A stretch of 64,000 nt of DNA from an uncultured Bacteriovoracaceae bacterium (GCA_964012805.1 CAXGUD010000005.1:78325-142324); one strand, 5' to 3'; positions 1-10,237 are shown, counted from the stretch's first letter. A program made the numbers and translations. Notes: a model not told the origin generated them from the letters alone.

Positions 1-1
1 A

Positions 2-223
2 AGAATCCAAACAAAAAGAAGCCTTTTAGAAGCCATCCTACCTGGACTAGACAGGACAATCAATTTTGAAAAGAAATTTGCTCTGGCAGGATTGGCCATG
101 AATGATTGGAGAAAGAAAATTAACGATTCTAAAAAAGGAACTCCCCAAGGGTTCGTTAAAGCAAGAGATTTAAACCTTTTACTTAAAGGAGAACCTCAAC
201 CTAAAAAGGAAAACCTTCAATAG
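2..223 (+). CDS. 3' end of a protein of unknown function (truncated by window edge)
   Basis: Frame 2 is open from the window start (RIQTKRSLLEAILPG...KKENLQ) to TAG at 221-223 and converges on the mvk stop. Confidence 0.6.
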   Translation, partial: RIQTKRSLLEAILPGLDRTINFEKKFALAGLAMNDWRKKINDSKKGTPQGFVKARDLNLLLKGEPQPKKENLQ

Positions 224-226
224 ATT

Positions 227-1177
227 CTAAAACCGACAAACAACCCTAATTTCGTGGTTATTTAGAGCATTATCAACTTTCATAAAGTCATCAGTAATTC
301 CTAAAAGGAATCCTCCTCCTCCAGCTCCACAGAGCTTTAAATAAAAGTCATCACTATCAAGACCTCTTTCCCATAGCTCCTTAAATAAAGGGGGTATCAT
401 AAGGCCAAAGTGCTCTCTTTGAAAGGAAGAGAGGGACTTAAAGGCCTTCAACAAGCTTGAGGGATCATTTTGACAAAAGTAATTTATACATTCATTCGTT
501 ATAGGTAATAACTCTTCTTCGCAAACTTGACTAAATTCAGAAATTAAGCACTTTTCTAAAAACAGATTTACCAGAGGCTCAGTTTTACGAGATCTTCCAG
601 TATTAAGAAGAAAAATTCCTCCCTCTCCTTTTCCAAATTGACTCAAGGAAATTTCAGCTCTTTCAAAATCGTTTTTCGCCCTTATTAGAATTGTTTGATT
701 CAAATAACTAATCAGAGGATCCAAACCTGAACTTGAGCCATGAAAAAAAGACTCCATTAAAGAGAAGTAACTTTGGAGCCTATTTACCATCCTAGGATCT
801 TTGAGAAAGACTTCTTTATCGCAGCTTTTAACTGCATAACGAGAAAAAAGGGAGGCACATAAAGCCCCTGAACTACCAAGTCCATAACCTTGAGGTATCG
901 TAGAATCAAAGAAAAGCCCTTGAGAAATGTCAAAATCAAAGGACTGGATGTCAAATTGAAAATCAGAAATAGGGCCAGTTCCCTCTCTATGGAGTTTTTT
1001 TAAATACTGAGAGAATGCCTTCAATTCTGGTTCGACCTTAGGTCCACTCCCTTTTCTAAAACTCAAGGAACCTTCAAACAAAGGGTATGGCAAGCACAAA
1101 GCCATAGAGTCTTTAATGATACTATACTCTCCAAAAAGCAAGATTTTAGAAACAAAAGATTCCTTTTCCATCAACAC
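227..1177 (-). CDS. mvk: Mevalonate kinase (GHMP family)
   Basis: SKILLFGEYS N-terminal motif, PQGYGLGSSGA ATP-binding loop, SSGLD and KLCGAGGGG motifs. Last gene of the mevalonate operon. Confidence 0.88.
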   Translation of the reverse strand: MLMEKESFVSKILLFGEYSIIKDSMALCLPYPLFEGSLSFRKGSGPKVEPELKAFSQYLKKLHREGTGPISDFQFDIQSFDFDISQGLFFDSTIPQGYGLGSSGALCASLFSRYAVKSCDKEVFLKDPRMVNRLQSYFSLMESFFHGSSSGLDPLISYLNQTILIRAKNDFERAEISLSQFGKGEGGIFLLNTGRSRKTEPLVNLFLEKCLISEFSQVCEEELLPITNECINYFCQNDPSSLLKAFKSLSSFQREHFGLMIPPLFKELWERGLDSDDFYLKLCGAGGGGFLLGITDDFMKVDNALNNHEIRVVCRF

Positions 1178-2259
1178 TCCAATGCCTTAGGACCCAAAGA
1201 CCCTACAGAGTCTTCAATCCAATTTTTGTTTTCTAAAAATTCTTGCAAATTACTTTCAATAAAACGCTTTATTGAAGTATTTTCACTCTTTGGACAGAGA
1301 AGGTGAATGTTTGGACCTGCATCGAGGGTAAAGCAGCATTTAACTCCTGTCTTTGCCCGCATCTCCTTGATTTTTTCTATGACCACTAAAGACCTCGGAT
1401 GCATTAATATGTAAGGATCTTTAGAACTCATCATAAGAGAATGTAAAGAAAGTGCTTCATTTTCCACAACACTTTGGAATAAATCCCAATTTCCTTTTAT
1501 AATTGAGTCAACAAGCTTATTCATGTTGTTTTCGGCTTGTAAAATCCTCGCTTCAGCAAAGGGGTGTCCCTCCATTAAAGCGTGACCTTTTGTTGATGAA
1601 ACCTTTTTGGGGGAACTATCAACGATAAGAATAAAATCACTCATCTCTTTAAAAAGAGGGTCTATCTTTGTAAAAGGAGTTGCATAGAAATCGCTTCCTT
1701 TTTCATGATTATCAATTTGATAAGGTCCCCATGAAGCCCACCCTCCATAAATTGAGCGGCAGGCACTGCCTGACCCTAGTCTTGCCATAGAGGACACTTC
1801 CTCAAAAAAAGTATCTCCAAGAAATGATTCATTACCAGAGTAAGCTGCAAAACTTCCCAAACAAAGAGCAAGTGAAGCCATTGAAGAAGCCGATGAGGCT
1901 ATCCCTACAGAGTGGGGAAAGGTGTTCTCAGAATCAAATTCGAGATGATAGTCTTTAAGGTTTGGAATTTTATCTTCAACTCTTTCGAGAAAAGTACTTA
2001 TTTTATTTTGAAATTGTACTTTTTTCTTTCCCTCGAAAAGAAGATCAAAAGAAAGCCCTTCTCCTTTAGGCTTTTTTCTCCAAGAAAGTGTTGTTTTTGT
2101 TTTAGAAGAACTGAGCGATAGGCTTAAGGAGCTGTTCATAGGAAGCTGAAGTCCTTTCTTTCCCCAATACTTTACAAGGGCTATATTGCTCGGAGCCTCC
2201 CAAGAAACCTGCCCCAAATTAATATCACCCTTAACAGAGTTTATAACAAAGGAATTCAT
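1171..2259 (-). CDS. mvaD: Diphosphomevalonate decarboxylase
   Basis: APSNIALVKYWGK, GIASSAS, RLGSGSACRS and TLDAGPNIH motifs. Confidence 0.93.
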   Translation of the reverse strand: MNSFVINSVKGDINLGQVSWEAPSNIALVKYWGKKGLQLPMNSSLSLSLSSSKTKTTLSWRKKPKGEGLSFDLLFEGKKKVQFQNKISTFLERVEDKIPNLKDYHLEFDSENTFPHSVGIASSASSMASLALCLGSFAAYSGNESFLGDTFFEEVSSMARLGSGSACRSIYGGWASWGPYQIDNHEKGSDFYATPFTKIDPLFKEMSDFILIVDSSPKKVSSTKGHALMEGHPFAEARILQAENNMNKLVDSIIKGNWDLFQSVVENEALSLHSLMMSSKDPYILMHPRSLVVIEKIKEMRAKTGVKCCFTLDAGPNIHLLCPKSENTSIKRFIESNLQEFLENKNWIEDSVGSLGPKALEC

Positions 2260-3296
2260 TGAAGAAGCTCCTCTTTTTTACTTATAGATAACGCTGAATC
2301 TTTTGAAAGCAAAGGACTCCTTTCAAGAATTATATCTCTATAAGAAAAAATAACATCGTGATCTAATTTCCTTCTAAAATATTCCTTTGTTGAAGAAGCA
2401 GACTCTTCACTTGTTACCAAAGCAAAGTCTCCTCCCCAAGCACCTAGAGACTTTACCGTTCCCCAAAAGTCCGAAAAAGTTGTTTTCTTGATGGGCTCAA
2501 GACCCATATATCTTGAAACGACATCTTCATGCTCAATCAAAAGCTCTTCAAATTCGCGAAGATCATCGGCCACTGCCATAGCTTTTGTGAGAGCATTGAT
2601 AATATTAATTATATCTTTACTAGCCGCGCCTCTTTCCCGATAATCTTTCACAGCCTGGCCAGAATCTTTTTTAGTTCCCAAATAGACAAAGTAAAGGTTT
2701 TCTTTAAATGAAGGGTTAAAGTCGACCAAACTCCATGTGGGCATTTTTTCTTTTAACTGATAAAAAATTGGTCCCTCGGCTTGAGCACAAGCAATGTCAT
2801 AGCCTGACCCGCCGGATGTTTCAAAAAGAAGCTTGAAAGGATTAACATAAGCCCACTGAGCTATGTTAAAAATATGGGTAGAGCTTGATCCCAAACCCCA
2901 ATGAAGGGGAAAATTAGTTTTAGTTGTAACCTCAACATCAACATTTTCTCTTAAAAAATGGCTATTTTCCTTCCTCACCTCAAGAAGAAGCTCTTGAAGT
3001 TTAAGGGCCTTTAAAGAAGGGTTTTCCCTCAGGCAACGAAAGTGCCAAAACTCATACTCAGACTCAAACCACACCTCTCCTTTTTCATCATAACTTTTCC
3101 AAGTTAATGTTGGGTTGAAAGAAGGTTTGTGCGAAACCATTAATTTTTGACCAAAAATTGTCGGCAAAGCCAGGGAAACAGCTCCATCCAAAACAAAATA
3201 CTCACCAGAAATAAGAAGTTTCCCATTGCCATAGAAGTTCTGAGTTTGTTTGGCTGAGTTTCTTTTATTTACCTCAGGTTGAATTCCACTTTCCAT
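2256..3296 (-). CDS. GYDIA-family GHMP kinase, probable phosphomevalonate kinase
   Basis: GKLLISGEY, WGLGSSS, GSGYDIACA and KSLGAWGGDF motifs. Lies between mvaA and mvaD. Confidence 0.8.
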   Translation of the reverse strand: MESGIQPEVNKRNSAKQTQNFYGNGKLLISGEYFVLDGAVSLALPTIFGQKLMVSHKPSFNPTLTWKSYDEKGEVWFESEYEFWHFRCLRENPSLKALKLQELLLEVRKENSHFLRENVDVEVTTKTNFPLHWGLGSSSTHIFNIAQWAYVNPFKLLFETSGGSGYDIACAQAEGPIFYQLKEKMPTWSLVDFNPSFKENLYFVYLGTKKDSGQAVKDYRERGAASKDIINIINALTKAMAVADDLREFEELLIEHEDVVSRYMGLEPIKKTTFSDFWGTVKSLGAWGGDFALVTSEESASSTKEYFRRKLDHDVIFSYRDIILERSPLLSKDSALSISKKEELLQ

Positions 3297-4618
3297 TAGT
3301 GATATTTCCTCAAACCATTTAAGAACTCTTTAACTGCATTATGAGAAACAACCTTATCAACAAAAAAAGCCTTGGCTTTTTCTCTCTCATCTTCACTCGT
3401 ATTAAAGTGATTGAGTATGTTAAATAAATGCATTTTCATATGCCCTTTTTGAATTCCTGAAGTCACTAATGAATTTAGAGCACCAAAGTTTTGGGCAAGT
3501 CCAATAGACGCTGCTATTTCCATCAATTTGGGAGCTGATGGCTGGCCTAATATTTCAAGAGAAATTTTTGCCAAAGGATGAAGCGAAGTCAATCCACCGA
3601 CAGTACCCAAAGCCAACGGAAGTTCTAAACTAAAAGTAAAGGAACCATCCTCAATCTTAACATCACTCAAAGATCTATACTGACCACTTCTGGCAGCATA
3701 AGCGTGAGCACAAGACTCCACAGCCCTAAAATCATTACCAGTCGCCAAAACAACAGCATCAATACCATTCATAATACCCTTATTATGAGTTGTTGCTCTA
3801 TAGACATCAGAATTAGCAATCAATACGGCTTTTCTAAGGCGATCAGCATAAACTTCTGGGTCCATTGACAACCCTAAGTGATCCAAATCCTCTATTGAAC
3901 AGGAAACCTCTGACCTTACAAGACATTCAGGCGTATAATTTGAAAGAATCGACATTATCACATCAATCTTTCGCTCCTCTGAAGTAAAAAAGGTGGACGC
4001 TTCAACGCTCTCCTTCAACTTGGTAGCAAATGCTTCAAGGACTGAATTAATAAAATTGGCTCCCATAGCATCACAGGTTTCAAACTTTACGTGAATTTGA
4101 AAGAGACCCTTTTCGATAGAAGTCTTATCAACAAGCTCAATGCTTTTTATTCCACCACCTCTTTTCTCCATTGAATGAACAAGAGGTGCTACACACTTTT
4201 TCAACTCAGGAACAAGCCCTTTAAAAAAAGACTCTAAGCGGGGTGTTTGACCATACCAGAAGAAATGAACCTGCCCCACCTTAGCTGTTGAAATAACCTT
4301 TGTTTTAACTCCACCACGGGTCATCCAAAACTTTGCACTCTTAGCGCTAGCTGCGACAACAGAGCTTTCTTCAGTTACCATGGGAACACAATAAAGATCG
4401 TTATTAATCATTAAGTTAGGAACAACACCATAAGGAAGAAAAAAATTGGTTATAGTGTTTTCACTAAATTCATCAAATGCTCTTTGGAAAGATTCACTCT
4501 TATGCCAGAAACTTTCAATTCTTTCACGAATATCAAACGAGCCGTTAAAAAAGGTTTTAATCAAAAAATCTATTTTTTGCTTCTTCGAAAATTTTGAAAA
4601 GCTAGTTACCTCTTTCAA
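3296..4618 (-). CDS. mvaA: HMG-CoA reductase, class II
   Basis: EESSVVAA, DAMGAN, THNKGIMNG, TGNDFRA and GHMKMH motifs. TTG start with GAGG upstream. Confidence 0.93.
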   Translation of the reverse strand: MKEVTSFSKFSKKQKIDFLIKTFFNGSFDIRERIESFWHKSESFQRAFDEFSENTITNFFLPYGVVPNLMINNDLYCVPMVTEESSVVAASAKSAKFWMTRGGVKTKVISTAKVGQVHFFWYGQTPRLESFFKGLVPELKKCVAPLVHSMEKRGGGIKSIELVDKTSIEKGLFQIHVKFETCDAMGANFINSVLEAFATKLKESVEASTFFTSEERKIDVIMSILSNYTPECLVRSEVSCSIEDLDHLGLSMDPEVYADRLRKAVLIANSDVYRATTHNKGIMNGIDAVVLATGNDFRAVESCAHAYAARSGQYRSLSDVKIEDGSFTFSLELPLALGTVGGLTSLHPLAKISLEILGQPSAPKLMEIAASIGLAQNFGALNSLVTSGIQKGHMKMHLFNILNHFNTSEDEREKAKAFFVDKVVSHNAVKEFLNGLRKYH

Positions 4619-4654
4619 ACAAATAACCTCTTTATAATCATTAAAATAAAAACT

Positions 4655-5776
4655 TTATGTCCTGACCTTCAAAAAAGCCTTCGACAAAGCAAGGTTCTTC
4701 AACTCGGACTCAACATATTCCTTAAGTGCTGGATAACCCTCTCGACCCTTCACCAAAAAAGCTTTTGCTTGAGCATAGACTGATGATCCAAGAAGGTTTT
4801 CCATCAAGTAAAAACCGTGCAGAGAATCCTTAACTCCGCCCGAAATAATAAAACTTCGGCACTTCGCTTTACTACCTAAATTATCTAGAATACGGTTGGC
4901 ACAAATTATCATCTCATCTGCTGTATGGCCAACTTGAGAAAATTGGGAATAACTTGAAAAGTCATTTACCTTCCCTCTCATTAGCTCCAACTTAGTAAAA
5001 TTTGTTCCACCATACGCAGCGAAGTCAATTGCACTGAGAGGCAGTTTAATAAGCTCTTCAAGGCTCTTTGGACCAAAACCTTGACCAACTTCCTTCACGA
5101 TAAGCTTACCTTCAAATACGCCTAATAGCCTCTTAATGGTCTCTAGCGGTGCTCTTTTATATCTATCACCCTCCGGCTGAAACCATTCCTGCAAAGGGTT
5201 TATATGAACAATAAGACCATCTGCATCGAGTGTTTTTACAAGTTCTTGAAGTTTTTTCTCTTCACCATTATCTATAAGCTCTTCAACCTGAGCAATTCCT
5301 AGATTAGCGTAAAAAGGAAGCTCATCACCCAGTATAGGCCTTAAGTCAAAATCACTAATATGTTTTGAACTACTGAGGAGGGTTCTACAAGAACCAAGAC
5401 CCATACCTAAACCAAACTCCGCAGCGATCTTGGCCCAGATTTTATTAAGTTTCCCGGCTTCCTTAGCACCTCCAGTCATACTAGATATCCAAAGAGGAGC
5501 CTTAACCCTTTTGCCTAAGAAGTCACAAGATAAGTCATCATTAAGCGGAGTTGGGTGAGCAGCAAGAAGAGGCTCGAAGTCAAAGCGGGAATCAGCTGTT
5601 TCGATAGGCATTTGAGACTTAACCGCCAAATCAAGATGATCGGTTTTTCTCTCCTCTAGACTGTCTGATTCAGAACCATTTATATTGTCTTGCACCGTAA
5701 TACCACTCTTTAACTTCTTAATGGGAAGTCTTAATGTTTTTCTATTCTGTTTATGAAAGATTTCCGGAAATGACAA
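4655..5776 (-). CDS. fni: Type 2 isopentenyl-diphosphate isomerase (FMN-dependent)
   Basis: RKTDH, SSMTGG, HINPLQE..QPEGD, VKEVGQG and GGTNF motifs. The true start is probably about 25-30 codons downstream of the called start. Confidence 0.92.
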   Translation of the reverse strand: MSFPEIFHKQNRKTLRLPIKKLKSGITVQDNINGSESDSLEERKTDHLDLAVKSQMPIETADSRFDFEPLLAAHPTPLNDDLSCDFLGKRVKAPLWISSMTGGAKEAGKLNKIWAKIAAEFGLGMGLGSCRTLLSSSKHISDFDLRPILGDELPFYANLGIAQVEELIDNGEEKKLQELVKTLDADGLIVHINPLQEWFQPEGDRYKRAPLETIKRLLGVFEGKLIVKEVGQGFGPKSLEELIKLPLSAIDFAAYGGTNFTKLELMRGKVNDFSSYSQFSQVGHTADEMIICANRILDNLGSKAKCRSFIISGGVKDSLHGFYLMENLLGSSVYAQAKAFLVKGREGYPALKEYVESELKNLALSKAFLKVRT

Positions 5777-5941
5777 ATATAACGGACTGGCTTAGATATT
5801 TAAACCTATTTTATACATACAAATTTTATACAAAATATCAGAGTTAATTTGTACTAAAAGTTTGCCGATTAGTAAACAAATTTTGTTGCATTAAACTTTA
5901 TGTACGTCACTCCAGGGAAAAAAAGAAATTTAAACTTTATT

Positions 5942-8311
5942 TTAATTTAAACTTTTTCGCTTTTTTCCAACAAGTATCAGTTCACTTACCTTATTTTTTT
6001 CAATGGCAGATGAGTTCATCAATTGAAAACGATACTTGTTTGTAAGATAAAGATCTTTTTGGTCTCGATAATGCTCACTAAGTATATGTCCGGAGTTTCC
6101 TAAAGGAAGAACTCCCCAAGAAAAACCAGGAGTTTTGAAATCAATCAACCTTCTTGTCGAGGGACCAGACACAACCTTAAAACCGTTAGCACAGCCTTTA
6201 CTCGCCAAATTATTAATAAGCTCGTAACCACCTGAAGCGCCATAAGGACCCAAATTGAAAATATAGTTTAACGGCTTTACTTTGCCTAGAGGATGAACGT
6301 GCTCTACGGTGTGCGCTTTCCCCCAAGTCCATTTTTCGATATTGCTACCAAAGCTTCTTGAGAGACTTTTAATAGCATTTTGAAAACCTAAGAAAAGAAT
6401 TTCATTCCTTTTTTCAACTTTATCATCTGTTGATTTTAAGTCCCACCAAGAAGCATTGTCTTGCTGTAATAACCTTTTGTAAGAAAACCAATGAGAACCA
6501 AGGCTGCAATAAGCTTCCATATGTTCTACAGGAAGCTCATCAAAGAGGAGTTTTTTATTTTCTAAGTTCCATTGATGATAAATCAAAGCTGCTTTACTTT
6601 TAATAAGGGAACGGTAATTCCAACCTGTTAGCTCCTTAATGATACTTTTCTCTTTCTGAGTAAAACCTTTCCCATTAAGAGAAGAAAGCAATATTGGGAG
6701 AATTGACTGAGCTGTTTGAGAAAGAGATGAGGTTTGAATCTCTTTCAATTCTTCAACACTCCATTTTTCTTGAGTTTTAAGAAGAGAGTTAATTATATCA
6801 AACCGGTCAGAAGGTGACCAAAAACCAGCAATATTTTTTCCATGTAAAGGCCTCCAATTAGCAAGAACAATAACTCCGGACTCTGGATTATAAGTTCTTG
6901 GGTTTTCGGAAGTAGGAAAATAAGAATATTCATCTCTTCCAGAAGCACCATCTAAAACTCTATCTGAGTTCATACCTTTAGGCCTATTTGGGATTCTTCC
7001 ATAGACCATTGATCCAATATCACCGTTAGAATCTGCGTAAGCGATATTAAGCCCTGGAGCAGCTCCATATCCAAAAGCTTTAGTAAATTCAGTCCAGTTC
7101 TTGGCCCTGGCCCCTCTATATATTCCTTCCAATGCTAGGTTTTTTGGATGGTAAAAACTCCATTTTACAGAGATAGGTTTTCCATCCATTATCTGATCCA
7201 AAAGAGGTCCATGAGGCGTTATTCTAACTTTCAGCTTTTTAGGGGCTTCACCCTTCACCTGAATAACTTCTTCATACTCTCGAATCGGCTGCCATTCTCC
7301 CCTAAATTTAACTTTTTTACCGTCAGACGACATTTTTTCTTTGTAGAAATCCATATCATCGACCTTACTCATAGTAAGGCCCCAAGCAATATGCTTATTA
7401 TGACCTAAAGCCGGAAACGGTATCAAAGGTAGGTAATGACCATAAATTTCATGATTCGGTGTTTTTATATGAGCTTCAAACCAGACCCCAGGCGTAGCAA
7501 AAGCAACGTGAGGATCCGAAGCCAAAATTGGTTTACCACTTTTGGAACGCTTTCCCGATAAAACCCAAGCATTACTACCTTCAAAAGCATAAAAACCCTG
7601 CTTTAACTCCTCATGAATTCCTAATATTTTTTTTAGAGATACCTCAGAGACAGCTGCGACCTTTTTCTTTTCAAATTCAGGTTCAGGTCTTAAATTTTCA
7701 AACATATCTTTTGATAAGGTAGAGGCTAGTGTCGAAAAAAGAACATCTTTTCGAAAAGAGGTTGCAAAGCTATAACCCATATAACCGCTAAAGGAAAAAG
7801 CATCGTAAGGGCCAAAAGGCTTCGGTTCATAGCCAAGTAAATGAAACTCAATTGGCAGAGGGTTTTTCTTTATATACTCATTAACGCCTTCATAAAAAGC
7901 TGTTAGATGACCCCACATTTTTTTATTTCTTTTACCTTCTCTTTTCCTCTTCTCCATAAGCTCGACCATCGCCTTTCTAAATCGAAGAGTTCTAAACTTT
8001 TTATCTACTTCTAAAGTTCTTTTTCCTAAAACTTCACTCAGTTGGCCATTGGCCAACCTTCTTTGAATATCCATCTGAAAAAGTCTTTCACTGGCCATGA
8101 CAAAACCCAAGGCAAAGTAAGCATCTCTTTCACTCTCAGATGTAATATGGGGAACTCCCCACTCATCTTTTACAATCCTAACTTTACTTTCAAGACCTTT
8201 TAAGAAAACAACACCTTCGCTGACTGGCTTGGACCTATGAAATAAGTAATAAACTGAGGAAAGGACTATAGTTAAGAGAAACAAAGTAGTGAAAAGAATT
8301 TTTTTCAACAC
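5942..8311 (-). CDS. Penicillin acylase family (Ntn hydrolase; could be an AHL or peptide acylase)
   Basis: N-terminal membrane anchor, DEWGVPHI, ERLFQMD, beta-subunit start GSNAW, DPH and GNSGH motifs. GTG start with AGGAG SD. Confidence 0.9.
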   Translation of the reverse strand: MLKKILFTTLFLLTIVLSSVYYLFHRSKPVSEGVVFLKGLESKVRIVKDEWGVPHITSESERDAYFALGFVMASERLFQMDIQRRLANGQLSEVLGKRTLEVDKKFRTLRFRKAMVELMEKRKREGKRNKKMWGHLTAFYEGVNEYIKKNPLPIEFHLLGYEPKPFGPYDAFSFSGYMGYSFATSFRKDVLFSTLASTLSKDMFENLRPEPEFEKKKVAAVSEVSLKKILGIHEELKQGFYAFEGSNAWVLSGKRSKSGKPILASDPHVAFATPGVWFEAHIKTPNHEIYGHYLPLIPFPALGHNKHIAWGLTMSKVDDMDFYKEKMSSDGKKVKFRGEWQPIREYEEVIQVKGEAPKKLKVRITPHGPLLDQIMDGKPISVKWSFYHPKNLALEGIYRGARAKNWTEFTKAFGYGAAPGLNIAYADSNGDIGSMVYGRIPNRPKGMNSDRVLDGASGRDEYSYFPTSENPRTYNPESGVIVLANWRPLHGKNIAGFWSPSDRFDIINSLLKTQEKWSVEELKEIQTSSLSQTAQSILPILLSSLNGKGFTQKEKSIIKELTGWNYRSLIKSKAALIYHQWNLENKKLLFDELPVEHMEAYCSLGSHWFSYKRLLQQDNASWWDLKSTDDKVEKRNEILFLGFQNAIKSLSRSFGSNIEKWTWGKAHTVEHVHPLGKVKPLNYIFNLGPYGASGGYELINNLASKGCANGFKVVSGPSTRRLIDFKTPGFSWGVLPLGNSGHILSEHYRDQKDLYLTNKYRFQLMNSSAIEKNKVSELILVGKKRKSLN

Positions 8312-8430
8312 TTTTAAAACTCCTGTTAGAAATGCTTATTTCAAAAAAACTTATCCAAATAAACATTTTGGCAGTTAAAAGAGATAAAAATTAAATAGCG
8401 TTTATTATGTACGATGTCAAAAGGAGGTGC

Positions 8431-8483
8431 TTCATTGAAGGTCTGAATACAATAAAACTTATTGTATTCAGACCTTCAATGAA
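8431..8483. repeat. Perfect 25-bp inverted repeat with 3-nt loop
   Basis: TTCATTGAAGGTCTGAATACAATAA-aac-TTATTGTATTCAGACCTTCAATGAA. Confidence 0.95.
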
Positions 8484-8545
8484 AGTTGACAGTAAAAAAG
8501 ACCATGATTTACTAATTCATATTGCAGAGATGCTTAAAGGGTATG

Positions 8546-9268
8546 TCAAAATGGTGAATCTTTTTTTGAAAAAGGAGCAATAATTAATACAAACTCCCTC
8601 TTTTTATTTTTTAAGTTTTTTATTAGTTGGTTGGCACCACCTCGCATAAGCTCCTCAGTTTCTGAGTTTAAATCCAAGGCCAAGAAAACATCTCTTTTTT
8701 TCTTCAAAAAAGTCTTAAGCTCTCCCAGAGTTTTTCCTAGCCTGTAAGGGGTATCCATTAAAACAAGTGTAGCTTCATTTTGAAGAAGTTCTTTCCATCT
8801 TTGTTCCCGAAACTCCTTTTTAGCAGGAAGAAAACCCTCAAACCAAAAACTTTTATGAGAAAAGCCTGAAAGGGCCAAAGCCAAACTTATCGAATGAGGA
8901 AAAGGCGTGCTTGTAACCCTTACCCTAGACTTGTGGCAAAGGTCGACAAGTTGTCTACCTGGATCACAAAATGCAGGTAAACCTCCATCACTCATCAAAA
9001 AAACATTAAAACCTTTTTTCAAGTAGTCCAGTAAGGCAACAGATTCTTTTTCATAAGTATGTTCATTATATAAAACAAAGTCATTTACAATATCTCGTGG
9101 TAGTCCCCAACGGATCCAACGCCTCCTACCCGCTTTCAAGTCCTCGATAGCAAAAATTGTTTTTTCTTTCTTATTCTCATAAGCGTCTTTCAACTGATTA
9201 AAGGCAACTTCTTCAAGAGGATTAACTTCATCAATAGGGGTCGGAACAAGAGTAAGTATTCCTTTCAC
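8546..9268 (-). CDS. rsmI: 16S rRNA (cytidine-2'-O)-methyltransferase, tetrapyrrole methylase family
   Basis: LTLVPTPI, ED, SDGGLPAFCDPG, SGF, FEGFLP and TPYRL motifs. Confidence 0.8.
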   Translation of the reverse strand: MKGILTLVPTPIDEVNPLEEVAFNQLKDAYENKKEKTIFAIEDLKAGRRRWIRWGLPRDIVNDFVLYNEHTYEKESVALLDYLKKGFNVFLMSDGGLPAFCDPGRQLVDLCHKSRVRVTSTPFPHSISLALALSGFSHKSFWFEGFLPAKKEFREQRWKELLQNEATLVLMDTPYRLGKTLGELKTFLKKKRDVFLALDLNSETEELMRGGANQLIKNLKNKKREFVLIIAPFSKKDSPF

Positions 9269-9292
9269 TTTAAGTATCCTTTTTTTAAAACT

Positions 9293-10237
9293 TTACTTAT
9301 TGCTTTTTTGACTTAAAACAACAATTTTTTCGGGAAATATTCTAATTCCTAAATAGAAAGATAGTATTGCCACAGGAAAGGCAGCCAGTAAATCTAAAGT
9401 ATAGTGATATCTAAGACCGATGGTGGCCAGCATAATAGAAAGGGTCAAAAAGAGACACCATTTAAAGTGGGGGTGTTTGGTATAAAAAGACCATAGGCAA
9501 ACAAGGACTGCAATCCCTGTATGGCCACTCGGAAAGCAATCAATTTTAGTATATTGAGCCGAGTGAACAGCTTCATAAAAGAAATTTCCTACAATACTTA
9601 AAGGAAGAGGATCTCTAAAAATTTCTTCCAAGTAGTACTGGGGACCTGTAACTGGTATAAATAAATAAAAAAGAAAGTTAACCCCATAATAGAGATTTAT
9701 AGTGGAAAAATAAGAAATGATTTTATATTTTTCATTATCATCTAAATTTACATAATAAAGAACTCCAAAATAAAAAGGCATAATATAATAACTCATATAA
9801 CTTAAAACCATATAGTCATAAAAGAATAATCTCATGACTTCATTCCAGCTTGATGTATATTCCCAAATAAATTGAGCACCCTGAAGTCCAAAAAGCCAAT
9901 TATCAAAGTCTACAAATACTCTATCCACTCGAGGGAAACCTCCCACCGAACGATCAATATGACCGACTAAAAGGTAGTTCAAACCGATAGCTAAACTCAA
10001 AGGAATAATTGAGTATAAGAATTTAATTGCTTTTTTTTGTGGCTTTATCAAATTCCTAAAGTAAAAAAAAATTAAATAGATGAAAACAGGAATAAGACAA
10101 TAGAAATTAAAAGGTCCAAAAATCAAACCACTTAAAATAAAAAGTAAAGTATTAAAAAAGATAATGGCCAATCCCATTGCACCTAGGCCCATATCTTCCT
10201 TATAATCTTTCCAAAGATTCACAATTTTTTTGACCAT
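9293..10237 (-). CDS. PAP2-superfamily membrane protein (Aur1/IPC-synthase-like)
   Basis: Multiple TM segments, PVTGP, DCFPSGH (C2) and RYHYTLD (C3) motifs. Confidence 0.8.
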   Translation of the reverse strand: MVKKIVNLWKDYKEDMGLGAMGLAIIFFNTLLFILSGLIFGPFNFYCLIPVFIYLIFFYFRNLIKPQKKAIKFLYSIIPLSLAIGLNYLLVGHIDRSVGGFPRVDRVFVDFDNWLFGLQGAQFIWEYTSSWNEVMRLFFYDYMVLSYMSYYIMPFYFGVLYYVNLDDNEKYKIISYFSTINLYYGVNFLFYLFIPVTGPQYYLEEIFRDPLPLSIVGNFFYEAVHSAQYTKIDCFPSGHTGIAVLVCLWSFYTKHPHFKWCLFLTLSIMLATIGLRYHYTLDLLAAFPVAILSFYLGIRIFPEKIVVLSQKSNK

